The notes under the pieces were generated by a model that worked only from the letters and a program-made list of their open reading frames with translations, did not search any database and was not told the DNA's origin. The translations under genes were made by a program, and so were the position numbers. Below, one piece after another: positions 56,246 through 64,000 of a stretch of 64,000 nt of DNA. Position 1 is the first letter of the stretch. The number at the start of each line of letters is the position of its first letter. The stretch is from Octopus vulgaris (Eukaryota), in assembly GCA_951406725.2 (NCBI GenBank), contig OX597817.1:143840001-143904000 (forward strand), written 5' to 3'.

Positions 56246-56715
56246 CATACACACACAAATATAAATATATGAGTGTGCATGTATATGTGTGCATATGTAA
56301 AGATGTATGTGCAAGCATACATTCTTGTTTGTCGTAAGTGTGTGCATATATATGCATCTGTGCATAAATATACAATATATACAATTACATGAACATATCG
56401 TGTAATTTTCTAATTATAAACATGAACAAGAACCAAAATTGAAAAATAAATACTTGACTGTGACCGACCAAGCTATCAGATGTTGCTACACATCACTGGT
56501 CACAATGAGCTTCGCATTGTTTTAGCCTTCAAATGACGCCATCCTGCTAGCTAAGCAAGCAGGCCAATATATATATATATATATTCTGTATGAAACTAAT
56601 ATTGTTAGCAAAATAAGCAAATAGCAAAAGTAATCTGTGACAGACTTACAGAAAACAATTGGCATCTCATGACTGATAGGGAAATTGGTCGTTCATAGGC
56701 GGCAGCAGCATAAAG

Positions 56716-56912
56716 TTATCTGTGGCAGTCATGGAGTTCCCGGTTGAGTACACACAACTGTTTAAGGAAACCATCGTTAGGGAAAATATCACGTTTGCTT
56801 TTCAGAGTGCTTACGGCATCGACGACATCCATTCTGTGTTTCAGCATAAGAAATGCGATTACTAAAGCAGCCGATCGACTCACCCCCATCTGGCAGTGGA
56901 CAAAGACTTTAC
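56716..56912 (-). CDS. DUSP3: Dual-specificity phosphatase, last coding exon (catalytic P-loop)
   Basis: Acceptor tatgttccag|GT completes Gly. Encodes KVFVHCQMGVSRSAALVIAFLMLKHRMDVVDAVSTLKSKRDIFPNDGFLKQLCVLNRELHDCHR*, with HCxxGxSRS, A(Y/F)LM and RxIxPNxGFxxQL motifs. Exon lengths 143+224+197=564 nt, all phases compatible. Confidence 0.95.
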
Positions 56913-58094
56913 CTGGAACATACATAAGAGAAATACAGGTGTTTAACCAAAAGGAATGGATTGTAAAAAGTATCAAAAAAAGAGAGAAAAAACATCATGA
57001 TCTTCACCATCATCATCATCACTATCCCAATCATGGTCAGCATCACTCCTCTTACCATCATCACGGTCATCTCAATCATCATCTCCATCATTATCATTTT
57101 AATGTCCACAGTTGCATACTGAAGCACCAACCACTTAAAAGTGGAGGGAATTTGTGGAAGAGTGAGACCCAGGAAGACATGGAACAAAGTATTGGATCTC
57201 AAGACACTGAGCTTTACGAAGAAGCTGACAAAGGACCAAGATATCTGGGGCATTGTTGTACTCAAAAAGACCTGTGCACCACAGTAGAATTGATATCTGT
57301 GCTGGTGCCATATAAAAAGCATTTGGGCTGGTGCCACATTAAAAGTACTGGTGCTGGTGCCACATAAAAAGCAGCCAGTACACACTGTGGAGTGGTTGGC
57401 ATTAAAGAGGGCATCTGGCAATAGAAATCATGGCAGAACAGACAAAGAAGCCTGGTGAGGGCCCTGGCCTTACCAGCTCCAATCAAACCATCCAACCTAT
57501 GTCAGCATGGAAATCAGACATTAAATATATTTCTTTACTACCCACAAGGGGTTAAACACAGAGGGAACAGACAAACGGATTAAGTCGATTACATCAACTC
57601 CAGTGCATAACTGGTACTTAATTTATCGACCCTGAAAGGATGAAAGACAAAGTCGACCTCGGCGGAATTTGAACCCAGAACATAATGGCAGACGAAATAC
57701 GGCTACGCATTTCACCCGGCGTGCTAGCGTTTCTGCCAGCTCGCCGCCTTATCAGACATTAAATAATGATGATGATTTTCCATGCTTGTTAGATGGAGTT
57801 TATTGAGGCAGATTTTCTGAGGCTAGATGCCATTCCTGTCACCAACCCTTATCTGTTTCCAAATACAGGTAACATTTTCCCATGGCAAGACTTGTTTCCA
57901 TGGAAAGCTGGAAAAGAGAGACACTGCTTGAATGATGGTGGGGAAGTTCATTTGCAAACAACATAAGATGTCTTTGCACAGACACATACACACATACAAA
58001 CACACCATTGATTTTCTCTCAGTATGTGTGTCTACTAAATAAATCTACTCACAATTATATCAGATCTAGCTATCACTGTGTGAACGTATATAGG

Positions 58095-58500
58095 TAGATG
58101 GAACATGGATGGATGGATGGATAGAAAAATTGGATGCACAGACAGACAGATAGTTGGACAGATAGCCTGACAGATGGATAAATGGATGGACAAATAGAGA
58201 GATTGATAGACATATGGATGGGAAGACAACCAGATGACTAGATAGATGGACGAATGGATGGGTGGGTGGATGTATAGAAAGACATGGTAGATAAATGGAT
58301 GTATAGAAAGACATGATAGACAGATGGAAGGATGGATGGACAGAATAATAGATGGACAGGCTGGTGGATAATTGGAAGAATCAGGAGACAGATGGATGAA
58401 CAGTGACGAAGATTGATAGGCAGATCAACAGATGGTAAGAGGAATGGATAGACAGACAAATGGTGAGATGGATAGATGAATATCCATCTTATGATAGACA
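58095..58500. repeat. Degenerate (GATG/GATA/GACA)n tract in DUSP intron
   Basis: Direct reading; continues at 58833-58960 and 59061-59110. Confidence 0.85.
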
Positions 58501-58511
58501 GATTGACTTAC

Positions 58512-58735
58512 CATTATGTTTAAGAACCTGGTCAATATAATCTGCTGCCACCTGAAAAAATTGATTGAGTTTGTATGTTGGAAAATCCATTGCTGGGATT
58601 CCAAGAAACTTAATGGAAAGATCCTCATAATATCCTTCATCTGTGTTAATCATGTTGAATCTTGATCCACAGGCACAGTTCAAAACATGGGTCACACCTT
58701 CTTTCTTCAAGGCCACTTTGTTCAAAGCCCCCGTT
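58512..58735 (-). CDS. DUSP3: Dual-specificity phosphatase, middle coding exon
   Basis: Acceptor ttctctttgttctttcag|A completes the Arg codon. Encodes TGALNKVALKKEGVTHVLNCACGSRFNMINTDEGYYEDLSIKFLGIPAMDFPTYKLNQFFQVAADYIDQVLKHN(G), with GVTHVLN and the general-acid Asp loop. Donor G|GTAAGT (phase 1). Confidence 0.93.
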
Positions 58736-59399
58736 CTGAAAGAACAAAGAGAACAACAGAGATATAATAATAAATAAAAAAACAACAGGTGAGGATTCTA
58801 GGAGTAAACCTGGCCCCTTTCAAATTGCTGTTATGGATGGATGGATAGATGATAGATAGATAGATAGATAGGTAGGTAGGTAGTTAGGTAGGTAGGTGGA
58901 TGGATGGATAGATAGATAGAAAGATAGATAGATAGATAAATAGAAAGATAGATATATAAATATAAAGATAGATTTATATTCCTGAGCGCCATACTAATAC
59001 AATTGTTTGTTTGTATTCCACCTGCCTTCGTCTTTTGTCTATTTTCATAAAGCTTCCCGTTAGATAGAAAGATAGATAGATAGAAAGATAGATAGACAGA
59101 TGGATGGATTGCTAAAGACAAGCAGGCAGACAGACACCCACACAGTCAGAGATAGATTACAAGCTGTAGTTTTCTGAGACAATGATGGAGTAGGTGAGGA
59201 GAATATAATGACAATGAAAAGTGATGATGATGACTGATATTCCTAATGATCTCAGTTGAGATGCAGTTTGAGTGTGTGCCAAGATGGGGAATTGTTAATG
59301 CTGTCTTGCTCAGCAGAACTCTTGGCTTAGAACAAACCATTCTGTCTGTGGAGTTCACTGATTCTGAGAAAGACTTTGACAAGGAACAACATTCTAGAG

Positions 59400-60425
59400 C
59401 AGTGGTGCCCAACCCTTTTATTTAAATAAGTTTTCCCACAGACCCCTTTTAATATCCTTATTCTTATATCTATCTATCTATCTATCTATAAATATATATC
59501 ATCATCATCGTTTAATGTCCGCTTTCCATGCTAGTATGGGTTGGACGGTTTGACTGAGGGCTGGCGAACCAGGTGACTGCACCAGGCTCCAATCTTGATC
59601 TAGCAGAGTTTCTACAGCTAGATGCCCTTCCTAACACCAACCACTCCGAGAGAGTAGTGGGTGCTTTTACGTGCCACCGGCACGAGGGCCAGTCAGGCTC
59701 TACTGGCAATGGCCACGCTCAAATGGTGTTTTTTACGCGACACCTGGACAGGAGCCAGTCCAATGGCACTGGCAACGACCTCCCTTGAATGTTTTTTCGT
59801 GTGCCACCGGCACAAGTGCCAGTAAGGCTACGCTGGTAATGATTGTGCTCAAATGGTGCTTTTTATGTGCCACTGGCATGGAAGCCAGTTAGCTGCTCTG
59901 GCAATGATCCTGCTCGGATGGTGCTCTTAGCACTCAACTAGCACGGATGTCAGTCATCGAATTTGATTTCGATTTCGAGTGCCAGTGACATGTGAAAAGC
60001 ACCATTCAAGCGTGATTGTTGCCAGCATCGCCTTACTGGCACATGAAAAAACAACATTCAAGCATAGCTGTTGCCAGTGCGGCTGAACTGGCACCCATGC
60101 AGGTAGTACATAAAACGCCTATTGAGTGTGGTCATTGCCAGAACCACCTGACTGGCCCTCATGCCGGTGGCACATAAAAGCTCCGACTACACTCTCTGAG
60201 TGGTTGGCATTAGGAAGGGCATCCAGCTGTAGAAACTACCAGATCAGATTGAGCCTGGTGCAGCCTCTGGCTCACCAGTCCTCAGTCAAACCCATGTCAG
60301 CATGGAAAGTGGACGTTAAACGATGCTGATGCTATATATAGGAAATTTTGAATTTAGTTCACAGACCTCCAGTACTACCTTTGCAGACCCCCAGGGATCT
60401 GCAGACCCCAGGATGGGAACCACTG
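59400..60425. mobile_element. hAT-type MITE with two nested SINEs, in DUSP intron
   Basis: TIRs cagtggtgcccaacc / ggatgggaaccactg; degenerate TSD ttctagag/gtccagag. Confidence 0.6.
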
Positions 60426-61009
60426 GTCCAGAGTCTGCTGATCATTAAGAAAACTGAGTGCAATGAAATGGTTTGTGAGAGCGAAACAGACCATGTACAG
60501 AGGTGATCTCAACAAAGACAAAGTTAGCAACAAGTTTAGGGCCTGGAATTGAGAGATCTAAGGGTCCATCGTAGAATAAAAGAAAAGTTTTGGTCAGCAG
60601 GAGAGAATACAGAACACTGATTCCATCTGAGAAATTATCATATTTGATATACAGAAGAAAAGAAGCAGGTAGGGACTCAATAATGTGCATCAATTACAGA
60701 CTATGGGCTACAGTAGATATGCACTCTGATCTCATAAAACCCAAACAAACCCACAGGTTGTGGGTGGGGTTGTTGCCTGATTGGTACAAAAGTGTCATCC
60801 ACTAGGAATAAGAGGAAATCACCAACAAATGGTAGATGCAGCTATGTGCTGTTACAGTGCATTCTTCATCCTAAAAGTTTTATAATGTTAACATCTCACA
60901 ACTCTTGCAGGTAAGTACAAAGCTTCTAAAATTGAAGGAGAAAATCCAAAGTGTTGCTTTGGCGTAATGGTCAGCATATCTGTTAGGTTTACAGAAGATA
61001 TGTGTTCCT

Positions 61010-61300
61010 GTACCCTCTACCCATATACATCTCCATCCACATACGCCCTCATCCATGTACCCCTTCATCCATGTACCCCTTTGTCCATATACCCCGTCAT
61101 TCATGTACTCCTTTGTCCATGTACCCCTTCATCCATGTACCCCTCCATCCACGTACCCCCCATCCATGTTCCCCTCCACCCATGTACCTCTTCATCCATG
61201 TACCCCTTCATCCATGTTCTCCTCTATCCATGTGCCCCTCCATCCACATACCCCTTCATCCATGTACTCCTCCATCCATGCGCTCCTCCATCCCTGTATG
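61010..61300. repeat. ~19-bp minisatellite in DUSP intron
   Basis: About 14 diverged units of catccatgtaccccttcat-like sequence. Confidence 0.85.
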
Positions 61301-61376
61301 CAGCTGTAATGTGTGTATCTTTCTCAAAGGCTAAAGAACTACACGAGCCAAAGAATGAAGCAAAGGCATCACATAC

Positions 61377-61519
61377 CTGTTTCCTAAAAGAATTCCAGGG
61401 TAGACTTCATCATATTGTCCCGGCATCGAATGAAAAGTGAACACCCAGCCATATTGATCGACGTTACTGGGACGTAGAATTTCGCGTAACTGTTTGTAGG
61501 TTTCTGTGTTATATGACAT
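61377..61519 (-). CDS. DUSP3: Atypical dual-specificity phosphatase (DUSP3/VHR-DUSP13-DUSP26-DUPD1 group), first visible coding exon
   Basis: ATG at 61519 gives MSYNTETYKQLREILRPSNVDQYGWVFTFHSMPGQYDEVYPGILLGN(R). DEVYPGILLG is the typical start of the DSP domain. Donor AG|GTATGT after 61377 (phase 2). An acceptor (tttttattaaag|) precedes 61545 with an open frame, so an upstream exon may exist. Exact orthology within the group is uncertain. Confidence 0.85.
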
Positions 61520-61972
61520 ATCTCCATCTTTAATCACAGTGTTGCCTTTAATAAAAACAAATGGAATTCACAAGAAAATTTAAAACAACAAATTTATATT
61601 TAGGATTTAGATTCAGTCTGTCTCAACAAATTTCATCTAACTCATGCAAGCATGGAAAAATGGACATAAAATGATTATGATGAATGTTCTTCTTAATTTA
61701 TTCTTCACTCTGGTGAAGCTCCATGTTTCAGATCAGTTTTATTACTAAATATGATAAATATTTTAACATAACAATGGCAATACCATACAACATTGGAGGC
61801 AGAAACAGCCGTTAGATGGGATGCAGGTTATTTGTATTGAATTAATAAATAATAATGTAAGTCAATTGTTGTTCATTGATATTTCTCCATTTTCTGTCTT
61901 TTTTTTTTTATTTATATACAAGACAGGATCGCCCATGTCAAATTCACATATATATATGTATGTGTGTACATA

Positions 61973-62190
61973 TAAGGTGGTGCTGAAAAGTTCCTGATTT
62001 TAAGGGTATTCCGAAAGGCCTGGCTGGAGGCTCAACGTTCCGAGTTCTTTTACAGGGCTTAGTAAAAACTGAAGGACCACTGCAATGAGTGTGTGAATCT
62101 GAGGGGGGAACATGTTGAATAAAATCATAATTAACTGATTATCTTCTATTTTCTTTAGAACAAAACCAGGAACTTTTTAGCACCTCCTTG
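61973..62190. mobile_element. Mariner-type MITE
   Basis: TA-flanked TIRs taaggtggtgctgaaaagttcctg / caggaactttttagcacctccttg. Confidence 0.72.
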
Positions 62191-62468
62191 TATATATATA
62201 TATATATGTGCCGGTGGCACATAAAATACACCAATCCGACAGTGGCCGTTGCCAGCCTCGCCTGGCACCTGCGCAGGTGGCACGTAAAAAGCACCCACTA
62301 CACTCACGGAGTGGTTGGCGTTAGGAAGGGCATCCAGCTGTAGAAACATTGCCAGATAAGACTGGAGCCTGGTGCAGCCTTCTGGCTTCCCAGATCCCCG
62401 GTCGAACCGTCCAACCCATGCTAGCATGGAGAACGGACGTTAAACGATGATGATGATATATATATATA

Positions 62469-62880
62469 TACAAAATTAAGAGGAATGACCACTAAAGTGG
62501 ACTCCTAATATGCTAAATATAAATGTCAAATCACCATTACCACAAAGGGTGTCTTCTCAAGAAAAAATTTCAGAAAAATGCCAAAATGTAAAAATAAGCA
62601 AAACAAATGAAAATATACAAAATAAAAAACATATTTCATATATTTTCATTTGTTTTGCTTATTTTTACATTTTGGCATTTTGCTGAAATTTTTTCTTAAG
62701 AACACACTCTTTGTGGTAATGGTGATTTGACATCTATATTTAGCATATTACGAGTCCACTTTAGTGGTCATTCCTCTTGATTTTGTATGTAATATGATTT
62801 TAAATCTTCGGATTTTTTAAGATATGCTAAGCCACTGGTTTTAATTGATTAATATCAATTTCTATCCTCATTATTTAATT
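62469..62880. mobile_element. (AT)n-flanked foldback element, no hammerhead seen
   Basis: Arms about 62469-62616 / 62640-62787; tail 62788-62880 resembles the tails at 13097-13170 and 13740-13800 (agtggc.agcat motif in reverse complement). Confidence 0.65.
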
Positions 62881-64000
62881 TATATATATATATAGGAGTG
62901 ACTGTGTGGTAAGTAGCTTATCCCATGACTTATTCTTTGTAAGCCTAGTACTTATTCTCTCAGTCTCTTTTGCCAAACTGCTAAGTAACAGGGACGTAAA
63001 CACACCAGCATCGGTTGTCAAGCGATGGGGGGGAGGACAGACACAGATACAAACATACACACACACATATACAATGGGCTTCTTTCAGTTTCCATCTACC
63101 AAATCCACTCACAAGGCTTTGGTCAGCCCGAGGCTATAGTAGAAGACACTTGCCCAAGGTGCTACACAGTGGGACTGAACCCGGAACCATGTGATTGGTA
63201 AGCAAGCTACTTACCACATAGCCACTCCTGCACCTATATGTAAAATATTTTATACAGTATAAATTTTTGAAATTTTTTAGGGGTGTACATGCTTATGTAA
63301 GATACTATATATGTACATACGTATGTATGTATGTAAGAAGGTTGTTGCACTCATAACTAGATCATGAGTTTAGTTCCCAGACTGAGCAGCATGTTGTGTT
63401 CTTGAGCAAAGCACATTTCCCGTTGTTCCAGTCCCCCTTTCAATCAGGGGGGAGTATGTTGGCCTGCTCACCTAGCCAGCAGGTTGGTGTCATTTGAAGG
63501 ATAAAACAATGCAAAGCGTATTGTGACCAGTGATGTGTAACAACATCTGATAATCTGGTTGGTCACATGATCACATGCTATACATGTATGTGTATGTATG
63601 TATGTGTGTCTGTTCCCCACCAATACCCGACAATCAGTGTTGGTGTGTTTACATTCCTGTAACTTAGCAGTTCAGCTAAAGAAACTGATAGAATAAGTAC
63701 TAGTCTTAAAAAAAATATTTCGATTGGCGCAGGAGTGGCTGTGTGGTAAGTAGCTTGCTTATGAACTTATGGTTCTGGGTTCATTCCCACTGCGTGGTAC
63801 CTTGGGCAAGTGTCTTCTACTATAGCCTCAGGCCAATCAAAGCCTTGTGAGTGGATTTGGTAGACGGAAACTGAAAGAAGCCTATCGTATATATGTGTGT
63901 GTGTGTGTGTATATGTTTGTGTGTCTGTGTTTGTCCCCCCCCCCCCCCGTCCAACATCACTTGACAATCAATGCTGGTGTGTTTATGTCCTTGTAACTTA

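Noticed and set aside
56744-57367. 207-aa His-rich + strand ORF
   Set aside because: Antisense to the DUSP last exon, then a (CAT)n tract and SINE/LINE debris.
60967-61440. 157-aa repetitive ORF and a CRISPR-like periodicity
   Set aside because: Intronic ~19-bp minisatellite with no unique spacers; eukaryotic context and no cas genes.

Overview
AT-rich, repeat-saturated animal DNA. The SINE families and microsatellite load point to an octopus/coleoid cephalopod; this is inferred from recalled repeat families. One protein-coding gene is well supported: a minus-strand, three-exon atypical dual-specificity phosphatase of the DUSP3/DUSP13/DUSP26/DUPD1 group (CDS 61519-61377, 58735-58512, 56912-56716; 187 aa from the first in-exon ATG; HCQMGVSRS active site). 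The rest is tRNA-derived SINEs, RTE and R4/Dong-type LINE fragments, mariner remnants, hAT- and piggyBac-type MITEs with TSDs, one Helitron, a 28S rRNA fragment and long microsatellites. Most ORFs in the supplied track are microsatellite or SINE artefacts. The most notable signal is a recurring ORF-less architecture embedded in (AT)n tracts: [tail + arm, inverted] ... [type I hammerhead ribozyme + arm]. Several sequence-distinct families show it. The hammerheads have minimal, often palindromic stem III, sometimes a very long stem II, and one has a U3-A8 core variant. This resembles inverted pseudo-LTRs of Penelope-like retroelements or retrozyme-like elements. A CpG-rich TATA-containing candidate promoter/first exon lies at about 23.0-23.6 kb, followed by an apparent switch to CpG-decayed repeats. 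All structures were read by eye; nothing was computed or searched.
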